From Planctomycetota bacterium (lineage in GTDB: Bacteria; Planctomycetota; UBA1135; UBA2386): a DNA stretch of 64,000 bases. Location: the NCBI GenBank assembly GCA_965223545.1, contig OZ245006.1, positions 6,560,001 through 6,624,000 of the forward strand, read 5' to 3'. A model generated the notes under the pieces. The model did not search any database and had not been told where the DNA came from. It saw only the letters and a program-made list of their open reading frames with translations. The position numbers were made by a program, and so were the translations under genes. Positions 28,403-37,301 of the stretch are shown here, piece by piece (the first letter of the stretch is position 1; the number at the start of each line of letters is the position of its first letter).

Positions 28403-28438
28403 CGCCGTGTCCCGGGTAGCGATACCCGGGACACGGCG
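28403..28438. repeat. Perfect 16-bp inverted repeat with the same CCCGGG core, downstream of the par operon
   Basis: CGCCGTGTCCCGGGTA-GCGA-TACCCGGGACACGGCG. Confidence 0.85.
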
Positions 28439-28507
28439 GGCGGATCCCGGGAGATAGATCCGGCGGCGTGACCGCAGCGCGAAGGTGATGGCATCTTCTC
28501 GAAGATG

Positions 28508-30241
28508 CTACGTGAAGTCCGGAAGTAGTTCACAGCGGTCCCAGGCGGGAGTGAAGACGAGCACACCGTAGCGCGCCCTTGTTATCGCCACGCTTAGTAG
28601 GCGCCTACTTCTGGGCAAGCCATTGTCGCGCGGATCACCCGGTAGAACCAATCGGTTGTGCGGACCGAATCCGTCCACGATGAAGACCGCGTCGAACTCC
28701 TTCCCCTTGCACTTGTGGAGGGTGAGTAAGACGCGGCGCGCCCCGGCTCCAGCCGAGTCGGTAAGTCGCTCTCGCAGAAGGACGTCGTCACCGAGTTCAA
28801 CCGCGCCGGCGTAGCATCCGTTCGCGTGATAGGTTTCCGCAAGACGCTCGGTAGCTGGCTCCCTTTCGCCCGCCGGAAGACGGAGGTCCAGGGTGCGCAC
28901 GACTCGAGCGAAGTGCTTGCCCGGCAACCCGCGGAGAATCTCTCGGATCGCGCGCAGATCTCGGATGGGGTCGCCGGTGCGTGCCCTAGTAGCATCATTC
29001 ACTTTGGCGAGAAGCTGCTTCACGGCACGCATCTGGCCGGTGACGCTGTTCTGGGCAACAGCCTGGCTCCATTCGGCCAGGCGTGCAGCCTGCTTAGCTG
29101 CTTCTCCGCCTTTCCGCAGACGGTGGATGTTAGCAAGGAGCTGGAACGCATCTGCGACACAAGCCCGTTGCGGTTCCGGTTCCGCTTCGAGGAGGCGAAG
29201 GGCGATGCGCCACGCAAACACGATGCTCTCATAAGAGAGAAGGACCTGATGTCCGAATGGTCGCGGGAAGGCATCGCTGGGTGTCTTCAAGAGCCCGGAA
29301 AGCTCTCCAACACGCCTGTTTCGCGTTGCCATGATCGCGATGGTCGGAGAGGCGCCTTGCCCAAGGCGCTTCATGAGGCGCTTCTCGGTTGATACCAGGG
29401 CCTTCTTCAACGAATCAGCCAAGTCGGCGTTCTTGCGGATTCCCCAGAGTGCTACATCACTTGGCTTTTTGATCCGTGGGGCGTCGTCGAGCACGGCTCG
29501 CGCAACTGCAACCAGGTCGCGCTCGCCGCTTCGATGGTTGGTGCCTTCCAGCTTGACGACCTTGAAGCGGCCCGTGGCTTCGAGTTGCTCGAGCCGATCA
29601 TGGCGCGAGCCAGGACGGTAGTCGTAGATCCGCTGTTCTGGGTCTCCGAGACAGATGAGCTGGCTTTGAGCGGCGAGGTTTCCGATGAGGGTGTCCTCGT
29701 TGTCATCCGTGTCCTGGTATTCGTCAACGAGGATGAGCGGATAGGCGCTCGAGTAGGCGGCAGCTAGATGTTCGTGCCGTTCGATGAGGTTGAGGCAGAG
29801 AGGGGCGAAACGGTCAAAGGTCACGTGGCCCTCTTCTTGCTCCAGGCGCCCGATTTCGCCCTCGCTGTCGTCTGGATGGCTGGCCTCGACAAGTCCAAGT
29901 TCTTCGGGTGGAAACAGCTTGAAGGCGGGCAGGCCCACGAGTTTGTGATGGGACGCAAGAAGGCGATAGCAGAAGGCGTGAAACGTAGTGACGTGGAGTA
30001 AGCGCCGCGTTTCGCGTGTCAGGTTGTCGCCCGCGGCAGCGCGAATGCGTTGCACCGCTGCGTTGGAGAAGCTCACGAACAGCACGCGCTGGAAGTCCAG
30101 CATCTGCCCGCCGCGAATCAGTTTGGCGGCTTTCCACAGCGCAACGGAAGTCTTGCCCGTTCCGGGTCGGCCGATGACGAGCAAGTTCTCGTCGCTATCG
30201 AGAACCCTCTGCTGGCTCTTCGTCGGTTTCTTCTTCCCCAT
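28508..30241 (-). CDS. UvrD-like helicase, Gabija GajB-like
   Basis: GRPGTGKT, LVDEYQD, GDPEQRIYDYR, TLHKCKGKEFD, VAITRAR; directly downstream of the OLD nuclease. Confidence 0.85.
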   Translation of the reverse strand: MGKKKPTKSQQRVLDSDENLLVIGRPGTGKTSVALWKAAKLIRGGQMLDFQRVLFVSFSNAAVQRIRAAAGDNLTRETRRLLHVTTFHAFCYRLLASHHKLVGLPAFKLFPPEELGLVEASHPDDSEGEIGRLEQEEGHVTFDRFAPLCLNLIERHEHLAAAYSSAYPLILVDEYQDTDDNEDTLIGNLAAQSQLICLGDPEQRIYDYRPGSRHDRLEQLEATGRFKVVKLEGTNHRSGERDLVAVARAVLDDAPRIKKPSDVALWGIRKNADLADSLKKALVSTEKRLMKRLGQGASPTIAIMATRNRRVGELSGLLKTPSDAFPRPFGHQVLLSYESIVFAWRIALRLLEAEPEPQRACVADAFQLLANIHRLRKGGEAAKQAARLAEWSQAVAQNSVTGQMRAVKQLLAKVNDATRARTGDPIRDLRAIREILRGLPGKHFARVVRTLDLRLPAGEREPATERLAETYHANGCYAGAVELGDDVLLRERLTDSAGAGARRVLLTLHKCKGKEFDAVFIVDGFGPHNRLVLPGDPRDNGLPRSRRLLSVAITRARYGVLVFTPAWDRCELLPDFT

Positions 30242-30249
30242 TCGCTGCT

Positions 30250-32121
30250 TTACTCCGCAACATCGTCCGTTTCGCCATCCGGCTCAGCCAGGACGTCCGG
30301 AAGTAGGTCGGAGAACATCGCTGCAAGCGGGTCGTCTGCAGGAAGCAGCTTCTCCCCACACTGAAGATGGAGCTCGCCGAGGAACCCAAGTAGGGTCGGA
30401 GGGAGTTCGTCGGCAGGGCACATGGACACGAGGATTTCCGCGTAGCCCTCACCCTTGCGCGCCTTGAGAACGTCCTCGACGCAAGTGCGCCAAGACTCGT
30501 CTGCGTCGGTATCGGCGGGAACGGGCAGACTGGGGAAGTCGGTTCGGGAGCGAACGTCGCTGATGAAGGACTTCAGCACGTCGACTGGCACCTCGGCAGC
30601 GATGAGTCGCTCGAACCCGCGGTAGGAGAGCTCCCAGACTCGAGTGGCTGACCCTTCAATATCGCTCCGCATGTCGCCCGTAGCGATTGAGTCGCAGAAG
30701 ACAAAGCTCGGAATCCCGAGCTCAGCGAAGAACTCAGCCACCTTCGCGAGTTCTCCGTCGCCTCCGACTTCGACCGTGACTACTCCAGCAAGGTCGAGTG
30801 GGGCGTAGGCTGAGCCGGTGCGATGAAGAACGTCGCTTGCTGCCGGAATCGCGTAGAGCTCGGTGAGTCCTTCAACAAGCAAGACCGCCCGTCCGAGCAG
30901 TCCCTCTGCGAATCGAAGTCGAAACCCTTGCCGCAGAAACTTCTCCTTCACTCTGCCCTCAGGTTGGACGCGCGATGTAGACACACCGCCGTCCTCGGAC
31001 CGCGACAGCACGAGAATGTGGTCGGGAAGGAACTGCTCTGCTACGTAGGGGGAGTGACTCGTGGCGACCAGCTGGGTTGCGGATCGCTTCAGCTCGGAGA
31101 TGATTCGCCGTTGCGTGTGGGGGCCGAGCGCGATCTCGGGCTCCTCCATGGCGAAGATGACGTTTTGCTTGTTTGCAGCGATGGCACTCAAGAGAGACAG
31201 GACAAGAACGTTCGAGGTCCCTGCGCCAAGCCTGTCGAAGGGGAGCGAGTGGTCGCTTTCTCTGCTCGAGAGGAAGTAGCTGACGACCGTTCGCAGATGC
31301 TCACGGGTCAGCCGACTCACCTGAAGACTCGTCGAGCCGGTGTCTCCCTCCGCCAAGGCAACGAACTTGCGTATGTGCTGCTCGATGTCATTGAGCGCGT
31401 CACGGAGGTTTTCGTCTTGATCGAGCCGCTCACCCAGGTCACCAAGGCCGTCGAGAATCGACTCCCAAACACGCGGGCGCGCTGAACGCAGACGTAGCAG
31501 GACGTCAAGCAGACTCCCGCGCTGGAGGCTCGCGGCGCGACGAGCAGTCCGTAGGGACCTCAGATACAGGAACCCGATGGCCTGCTTGTGCCGCTTCGTG
31601 AGGGGCTCGAGTTCGTCTTCAGGTTTGTCGGGAGTTCGGAAGAAAGTCCGGACTGTGAACTCGTCTTCTTCGGAGTCATACCAGCCGAAGAATCCCACCC
31701 GGAGCACATACTGCTCCTCCCCGAGGGTGAGGTCATCGAGTTCAGCATGCGTGTACGGTCGATGTTCGTCCGCGTTCCATGCCTCAAGATGGGCACGAAA
31801 CCGTGTGCGCTCGTTTGCGTCGAGACGCCCCAGCACGACCTCGATCTCGATTCTGGGTGGGGTGGCGGTCTCGGTCTCCGACTGGTCAACCTCGGAGTTT
31901 GCCGCAACCTCAACCGGCTGGTAGTTGCCTCGGTGGAAGTCGTGTTCGTTGATAGTGTCGGGACCCGCGGCTCGATCAGGCCCGAGCACAAGGTCCAGTG
32001 CCTCCAACACTGTCGACTTGCAGACGTTATTCGGCCCGACAAGAAGGGCGTGCCCAGGGAAGCGGACCGTGCCGTCCGCGATCCCTCGAAAGTTTTGAAT
32101 CCTGACCTGTATCAGTTCCAT
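30250..32121 (-). CDS. OLD-family ABC ATPase/TOPRIM nuclease, Gabija GajA-like
   Basis: IQNFRGI, LVGPNNVCKST, LGAG signature, MEEPE, TSHSP, TOPRIM LLVEGLTE; ATG 32121. Confidence 0.88.
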   Translation of the reverse strand: MELIQVRIQNFRGIADGTVRFPGHALLVGPNNVCKSTVLEALDLVLGPDRAAGPDTINEHDFHRGNYQPVEVAANSEVDQSETETATPPRIEIEVVLGRLDANERTRFRAHLEAWNADEHRPYTHAELDDLTLGEEQYVLRVGFFGWYDSEEDEFTVRTFFRTPDKPEDELEPLTKRHKQAIGFLYLRSLRTARRAASLQRGSLLDVLLRLRSARPRVWESILDGLGDLGERLDQDENLRDALNDIEQHIRKFVALAEGDTGSTSLQVSRLTREHLRTVVSYFLSSRESDHSLPFDRLGAGTSNVLVLSLLSAIAANKQNVIFAMEEPEIALGPHTQRRIISELKRSATQLVATSHSPYVAEQFLPDHILVLSRSEDGGVSTSRVQPEGRVKEKFLRQGFRLRFAEGLLGRAVLLVEGLTELYAIPAASDVLHRTGSAYAPLDLAGVVTVEVGGDGELAKVAEFFAELGIPSFVFCDSIATGDMRSDIEGSATRVWELSYRGFERLIAAEVPVDVLKSFISDVRSRTDFPSLPVPADTDADESWRTCVEDVLKARKGEGYAEILVSMCPADELPPTLLGFLGELHLQCGEKLLPADDPLAAMFSDLLPDVLAEPDGETDDVAE

Positions 32122-32303
32122 CCGACGCCCACCTGCAGCTTTACTTGTCGGGATCGTGCACTCCAGCCCAAGTCCCGCGCTGACGGTCGCACCGCGGCGC
32201 ATGCGAAGTCAAGGAGTTAGGGTGCGTTTCTCTCCCGGACAGACGACGGCCCCGCGTCACGCCGACTCTGCGAAGCACCCGTGACCCGCCGGGACTACTG
32301 CTG

Positions 32304-32606
32304 GTGATCATGGCTAGCAAGGCGGTGCTCCCAGCAGACCTGGTCCCACTCCGCAGGTGGGCGTCAACGCTGGGAGTGCGAACCCGCGACCTTGCGGCTC
32401 AGCTTGACGCCGACGGAGTGACCGTGTGGGAACCGGTTCCTGGCGCACTCAGGGTCTCGGACGCTGCGATGGGGGAGTGGCTCGAGACTCGAGAAGTCTC
32501 GCGGCTTGCGATGCTGGCCGCAGCTAGGAGCCGATCAGTGCGGCGAGCTGCTCGTCCAGGCGGTGCGCGGCCCGCAGTGCTTCTTCCGCTTGGACACCAC
32601 GGCTAG
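32304..32606 (+). CDS. Putative excisionase / HTH protein
   Basis: Short ORF with LRRWASTLGV...LRVSDAAMGEWL (Xis/MerR-like pattern), convergent with the integrase. Confidence 0.5.
   Translation: MIMASKAVLPADLVPLRRWASTLGVRTRDLAAQLDADGVTVWEPVPGALRVSDAAMGEWLETREVSRLAMLAAARSRSVRRAARPGGARPAVLLPLGHHG
32523..32598 (-). repeat. Duplicate of the integrase 3' end (matches 32976-33051)
   Basis: 76 bp with 7 mismatches; both copies encode GVQAEEALRAAHRLDEQLAALIGS*. Confidence 0.92.
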
Positions 32607-32637
32607 GCCTCGAGTGCCCTGGAAAATGCGGGTGGGG

Positions 32638-32847
32638 TCATCCTTGTTCAGAAGCCGCCGTTGATCGTGGACGCTGACTGCTTCGAGCATCGACCTTGCC
32701 GAAGTCTGACACTCGGAGCCCATGCCTCTGGTGGATGCCGTCGTAGCACGCTTCACAAAGCGTCGCGCCGCAGCCGCATGGGATCGTGAAGTCTTCTTCA
32801 ACCTTCGTCCCGCAGTCGGCGCAGAAGACCGCTGGAAGATGCCTCAT
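32638..32847 (-). CDS. Small Zn-finger-like protein (69 aa) between the duplicated integrase ends
   Basis: CADC...CGC...CEAC...H..H pattern; ATG start. Confidence 0.5.
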   Translation of the reverse strand: MRHLPAVFCADCGTKVEEDFTIPCGCGATLCEACYDGIHQRHGLRVSDFGKVDARSSQRPRSTAASEQG

Positions 32848-32976
32848 GTCAGTTCGATACTGGCTGCTTGCTGTGCCGGGAGGTGCTGTTGGTTGAGCCT
32901 CCCGCGGCCCGACTCTCCACTAGTCCGGGCAGGCCCAGCGTGCTTCTTTGATTCCCGACCGACTCGCTCGCCGGTG

Positions 32977-34044
32977 CTACGAGCCGATCAACGCGGCCAG
33001 CTGCTCGTCCAGGCGGTGCGCGGCCCGCAGTGCTTCTTCAGCCTGGACGCCGAGGTATTTCTGGGTCGTCGTGAGGTTCGTGTGCCCCATCTGGTGCTGA
33101 ACCAGGCGGAGGTCGCCGACCTTGTTGAGCGCCGTCGCGTAGGTGCGCCGCAGCGCCCGCGCTGAAAGGCGTGGTTCCTTGAGGCGTCGCTGCCAGCGCT
33201 TCAGCACGACGGAAACGGTCGTTGCCCTCATGAAGGGCCCCCGGCCAGTGCGGGCCTTGAGACGGGCCATGACGCCAACCAGGCGCTTGCCAAAAGCGAC
33301 CTGGCGGAAGCGCCGGGCGGTTCCCTTGTGCTGCGTAATGCGAACCGTGCCGCCGTTCTCCAACAAGGTGAAGTCCGCCGCACGAACCCGCTCGCACTCG
33401 AAAGCCCTGGCACCGGTGAACGTGATGAACATGACAAGGTCGTGGTGGAGCTCGGCGTTCTGTCGCTCACTTGCGAGGATGCGTTCCGCGAAACCAACCG
33501 CTTCCTCGATCGTGAAAAACGGTCGCTCGGGCTCTCGGGTCTTCGGTCGCTCAACGCGCCGAGCCGGGTTCTCAGCTTCGGTGAAGCCGGCCACCTTGAA
33601 TACGCGGCCGAGCACGACGAGATCACCGCGGACGGTGTTCGGGCTCGCCTTGTGCTTCCGCCTGCGCTCGGCCTTGAACCCTTCGATATGGTCGGGAGTG
33701 ACGTCGAGAACAGGGGCCTCGGGGTTCAGAATCGTCGACCACCGCGCAAACTTCTGCCTGTAGCCCTTCGCCGTGACCTCGCTTCCTCCGTTCGCGAGCA
33801 GCGCCTCCACAGTCTTGTCGAAGGCCTGGGCGAGCGTGAGCTCGCCGATTCGCTGCGCCTGTTCGTGCTTTGCCTTCATGCGCTTCCACGCCTCGAAGGC
33901 TTCAGCCTGAGTGTCGAAGGCAGGACCCCAGAGCGACTTCCCGTCCACCTGGAGCTTGGGGCGCCACACCCATCCTCGGCTGAGCTTGCGCGGGTAGATC
34001 CCGACGTAGCCCGACTTTCGCCGTGGCTTTCTCGCGCTACTCAT
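32977..34044 (-). CDS. Tyrosine recombinase / integrase (355 aa)
   Basis: ATG 34044; TGAR..E, RALRRTYAT, QMGHTN and TQKY catalytic motifs; adjacent to the tRNA 3' end. Confidence 0.93.
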   Translation of the reverse strand: MSSARKPRRKSGYVGIYPRKLSRGWVWRPKLQVDGKSLWGPAFDTQAEAFEAWKRMKAKHEQAQRIGELTLAQAFDKTVEALLANGGSEVTAKGYRQKFARWSTILNPEAPVLDVTPDHIEGFKAERRRKHKASPNTVRGDLVVLGRVFKVAGFTEAENPARRVERPKTREPERPFFTIEEAVGFAERILASERQNAELHHDLVMFITFTGARAFECERVRAADFTLLENGGTVRITQHKGTARRFRQVAFGKRLVGVMARLKARTGRGPFMRATTVSVVLKRWQRRLKEPRLSARALRRTYATALNKVGDLRLVQHQMGHTNLTTTQKYLGVQAEEALRAAHRLDEQLAALIGS

Positions 34045-34053
34045 GCCAGAGAA

Positions 34054-34091
34054 AGTAGCCCAGCGAGTAGCCCGCCGCTTCAAAGTAGCCC
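34054..34091. promoter_or_regulatory. Three AGTAGCCC direct repeats, candidate integrase arm-type sites
   Basis: Exact octamers at 34054, 34066 and 34084, between the int start and the tRNA. Confidence 0.55.
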
Positions 34092-34155
34092 GGCGGCGGC
34101 GGCGCCTGAGCGTGCCGAAGTGCGTTTCAGACGGGCACTTCTTCGCGCTCGTGTG

Positions 34156-34231
34156 TGGTGGGCAGGGGCGGATTTGAACCGCCGACCCCAGCATTTTCAG
34201 TGCTGTGCTCTACCAACTGAGCTACCTACCC
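34156..34231 (-). tRNA. tRNA-Phe (GAA)
   Basis: GGGTAGGTAGCTCAGTTGGTAGAGCACAGCACTGAAAATGCTGGGGTCGGCGGTTCAAATCCGCCCCTGCCCACCA; 76-nt cloverleaf with encoded CCA. Confidence 0.97.
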
Positions 34232-34272
34232 GGGCCAGAGGCGCCGAAACCTAGCGCCGCCCACCCCGCAGT

Positions 34273-35232
34273 TCAAGTCGCAAGCACCCGCCGCGCCCGC
34301 CCCACATCCTCGCGAATCTGCGCCGCCAACGCCGCCGCATCCGCGAACCGCCGCTCGTCGCGCAACCGCGCCGCGAAGCACACCTCGAGCACCGCGCCGT
34401 AGACGTCGCCGTCGAAGTCGAGCACGTGCACTTCGAGCCGCGCATCCCTTTCTCCACCCCCGTCCTCGAACGTCGGCCGCACGCCCAAGTTCGCGACCGC
34501 CGCGTGGCTCTCGCCCTCGAGCAGCACGTACACCGCGTACACCCCCCCCGGCGGCAGCACATCCGTATCCGGCGCGACGTTGGCCGTCGCGAACCCCAGC
34601 CCCCGCCCGCGCCCATCCCCATGCACCACGCGCCCCAAGACCGAGGGCCAGCGTCCCAGCAAGCGATGCGCGGCCGTCAGGTCCCCGCCCAGAATCGCGC
34701 TGCGAATGCGCGTCGACGACACCGGAGCCTCGTCCACCGTGAACGGGGTCGCGACCCGGACCGCAAACCCCAGCTCCTTGCCCAGCTCTCGCATGCGCGC
34801 GGGCGTGCCGTCGCGGTCGCGGCCGAGGGCGGCGTCGTAGCCCAGCAGCAAGCCCTCGGTGTGCAGGCCGTCGCGGAGCACGGTGCGCGCGAAATCCGCG
34901 GCGGTCAGCGCGCGCAGCGCGTCGTCGAAGTCGAGCAGCAACACCCGTTCGACGCCGGCGCGGCGCAGCAGGCGCAGGCGGTGGGGGACCGACACCAGCA
35001 ACGGCGGTGCTTGGCCGCGCAACAGCGCATCCGGGTGTTCGCGAAAGGTGACCACCGTCGGCACGCCCGTCAGTTGCGACGCCATCTCGACCAGCTCGTG
35101 CAGCAGGCGTTGGTGGCCCAAGTGCACACCGTCGAAGACGCCGACGACGACGACCGAACGGGCCTCGAGGCTGTTGCGGGCGTGGGCGCGGGGCAGGGCG
35201 CCGAGCGCGTCGAGGCCTTCGATCACGCGCAT
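34273..35232 (-). CDS. ribF: Bifunctional riboflavin kinase / FAD synthetase
   Basis: GVFDGVHLGHQ, VSSTRIR, GRGLGFATAN, NLGVRPTF; ATG 35232. Confidence 0.95.
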   Translation of the reverse strand: MRVIEGLDALGALPRAHARNSLEARSVVVVGVFDGVHLGHQRLLHELVEMASQLTGVPTVVTFREHPDALLRGQAPPLLVSVPHRLRLLRRAGVERVLLLDFDDALRALTAADFARTVLRDGLHTEGLLLGYDAALGRDRDGTPARMRELGKELGFAVRVATPFTVDEAPVSSTRIRSAILGGDLTAAHRLLGRWPSVLGRVVHGDGRGRGLGFATANVAPDTDVLPPGGVYAVYVLLEGESHAAVANLGVRPTFEDGGGERDARLEVHVLDFDGDVYGAVLEVCFAARLRDERRFADAAALAAQIREDVGRARRVLAT

Positions 35233-35258
35233 CGCGGTTCTTGGCGGGGGCGCCGGGG

Positions 35259-35774
35259 TCAGGAGCTCGCCGCCTGGTAGGCGCGCTCGAGCTCGAGCAA
35301 CTTGGCCTTGACGCGGATGCGATCGGCGGGCGTCAGGCGGTCGATGAACAGCACGCCCTGCAGGTGGTCCATCTCGTGCTGGACGATGCGGGCCAAGAAG
35401 TCCTCGAGCTTGAGCGTCTGGGGGGCGCCTTCGAGGTCTTGGTACTCGATGACGATGTTCTGGAAGCGCTCGACTTCGGCGTAGATGCCGGGGAACGACA
35501 GGCAGCCCTCGTCGCCCCATTCGCGGCCCTTCTTGCTCTTGATCTTCGGGTTGACCAGGACCATCTCCTGGTCGCGGTCGGCGGCGTCGCCGCTGGGGTT
35601 GAGCACCAGGAGGCTGATCTCGAGGCCGACCTGGGGGGCCGCCAGGCCGACGCCCTGCATGCGGTACATGGCTTCCAGCATCGCCGCGGCGGTGTCGCGC
35701 AGGGTCTGGTCGAAGGCCTCCACCGGCTTGCCGCCGCGGCGCAGGACGGGGTCTGGATAGCGGACGATCTCCAT
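35259..35774 (-). CDS. def: Peptide deformylase
   Basis: GVGLAAPQVG, EGCLSFP, QHEMDHL. Confidence 0.97.
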   Translation of the reverse strand: MEIVRYPDPVLRRGGKPVEAFDQTLRDTAAAMLEAMYRMQGVGLAAPQVGLEISLLVLNPSGDAADRDQEMVLVNPKIKSKKGREWGDEGCLSFPGIYAEVERFQNIVIEYQDLEGAPQTLKLEDFLARIVQHEMDHLQGVLFIDRLTPADRIRVKAKLLELERAYQAASS

Positions 35775-35932
35775 GATGGGGGCCGGCGGCCGGCGCCGGT
35801 CTCGAGGGAAAGGGTGGGCTGCGGTCCGCTCTTGCGGGGCCGGGGAGCTGTCGGTACCTTGCTCCGCCCTTTGCCCGGCGTCAAGACTCGCCGACCAGCC
35901 GCCCCGCGGCGAGGCGCCGGCCGGATCCCCCT

Positions 35933-37279
35933 ATGGACCTCAGCAAGCACCTGGACAACGCCAAGGATGCGATCTCGCGCCGCAACTACAAGTTGGCGGC
36001 GCAGATTTGCAGCCAGCTGCTGAGCATCCAGCCGGACGCCGGCGAGGCGCGGACGCTGCTGCGCCAGGCGCTCTACAAGAAGGCGGAGACCAAGCCGACG
36101 CCCAAGGTCGCCGCCTGGCTCGGCGGGGGCGTCCACCTGTTGACGCTGACCCTCACCCGGGCGATGGGGCAGCACGCGGCGGCGGCGCGCGCGGCCGAGC
36201 GCTACTTGGCGCTCGATCCGCTCAGCGAGTCGGTCAACCTGCGGCTCGGCGACTCGCTGTCGCGCGCCGGCCACGACCGCTCGGCGCTGGCCGTCTACCG
36301 GGCCTACGCCGACCACCAGCCGCGCTGCGCCGAGGCCTGTCGCAACGCCGGCGCCCTGCTCTACGAAGCCGGTGAGCTCGATGCCGCGCTCGAGATGTAC
36401 GAGCGCGCGCTGCGCGTCGACCCGCGCGACCAGGAGGCGCTCAAGGCGCGCAAGAACCTCGCCGCCGAGGGCGCGCTGCGCTCCAGCGGGATCGAGCACG
36501 CGGAAAACTCGCGCGAGCTCTTGAAGAACGCCGGTGCCCAGGCGCAGCTCGAGCGCGACAGCCGTCTGCAGCTCGACAAGGACGAGATCCAGGACGAGCT
36601 CGCCAAGCTGGAAGAGGCGTTGAGCGGCGGCGATGTCGACCTCAAGACGCTGACGCGGGTCGCCGAGCTGCGGCGGATGGACGGCGACTTCGAGGGTGCA
36701 CTCGACTGTCTCGAACGCGCGCTCGAGCTCGACGCCACTCGCTCGGACTTGGCCGACCAGGCCGGTGACCTGCGGCTGCGCATCCAGGAGAAGCGCGTCG
36801 AAGAAGCGCGGGCGCGCGGCGACGAGGCCGCGCTGGCGCGCGTCGAGGGCGTGTTCGCCGAGATGCGGGTCGCCGAGTTTCGCCGGCGCATCGAGGCGCG
36901 GCCGACCGACTTCGGTCTCCGCTGCCAGCTGGGCGAGGCGCTGCTGGCCACCGGTGACGTCGACGGCGCGATCGCCGAGCTGCAGCAAGGGGTCAAGGAC
37001 CCGCGGCGCAAGAACGACGCGCGCCTCGCGCTCGCCACTGCGTTCCGCAAGAAGGGCTTGCCCGAGCTGGCCGCCAAGCAGCTCGCGGCGGCGCTCGACG
37101 ACATCGGCGACTTCGGCCAGAAGGCGCGGGGCATCATGTACGAAATGGGTTGCGTCGCCGAGGAGGCGGGGCAGCACGAGGAAGCGCTGGCTCACTTCTC
37201 GCGCGTCTTGGAGCAGGATATCGGCTACAAGGACGTCGCGCAGAAGGTGGAACAGCTCAAGGGATCCAAGTCCAGTTGA
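35933..37279 (+). CDS. Tetratricopeptide repeat protein
   Basis: Repeated helical TPR patterns (ALEMYERALRVDP, ALDCLERALELD). Confidence 0.85.
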   Translation: MDLSKHLDNAKDAISRRNYKLAAQICSQLLSIQPDAGEARTLLRQALYKKAETKPTPKVAAWLGGGVHLLTLTLTRAMGQHAAAARAAERYLALDPLSESVNLRLGDSLSRAGHDRSALAVYRAYADHQPRCAEACRNAGALLYEAGELDAALEMYERALRVDPRDQEALKARKNLAAEGALRSSGIEHAENSRELLKNAGAQAQLERDSRLQLDKDEIQDELAKLEEALSGGDVDLKTLTRVAELRRMDGDFEGALDCLERALELDATRSDLADQAGDLRLRIQEKRVEEARARGDEAALARVEGVFAEMRVAEFRRRIEARPTDFGLRCQLGEALLATGDVDGAIAELQQGVKDPRRKNDARLALATAFRKKGLPELAAKQLAAALDDIGDFGQKARGIMYEMGCVAEEAGQHEEALAHFSRVLEQDIGYKDVAQKVEQLKGSKSS

Positions 37280-37301
37280 AGGCAGACGAGCCAAGAATCG
37301 A

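Larger units (their letters stand above)
1..34155. mobile_element. tRNA-Phe-integrated genomic island / integrative mobilizable element (backbone about 15.8-34.1 kb; left boundary not visible)
   Basis: Integrase beside the tRNA 3' end; relaxase, coupling protein, par, putative rep and defence genes; visibly more A/T at third codon positions than DNA right of the tRNA. Inclusion of the metal genes is inferred. Confidence 0.8.

Noticed and set aside
34045..34194. 405-aa integrase N-terminal extension in the ORF track
   Set aside because: It overlaps the tRNA-Phe gene; ATG 34044 is the plausible start.
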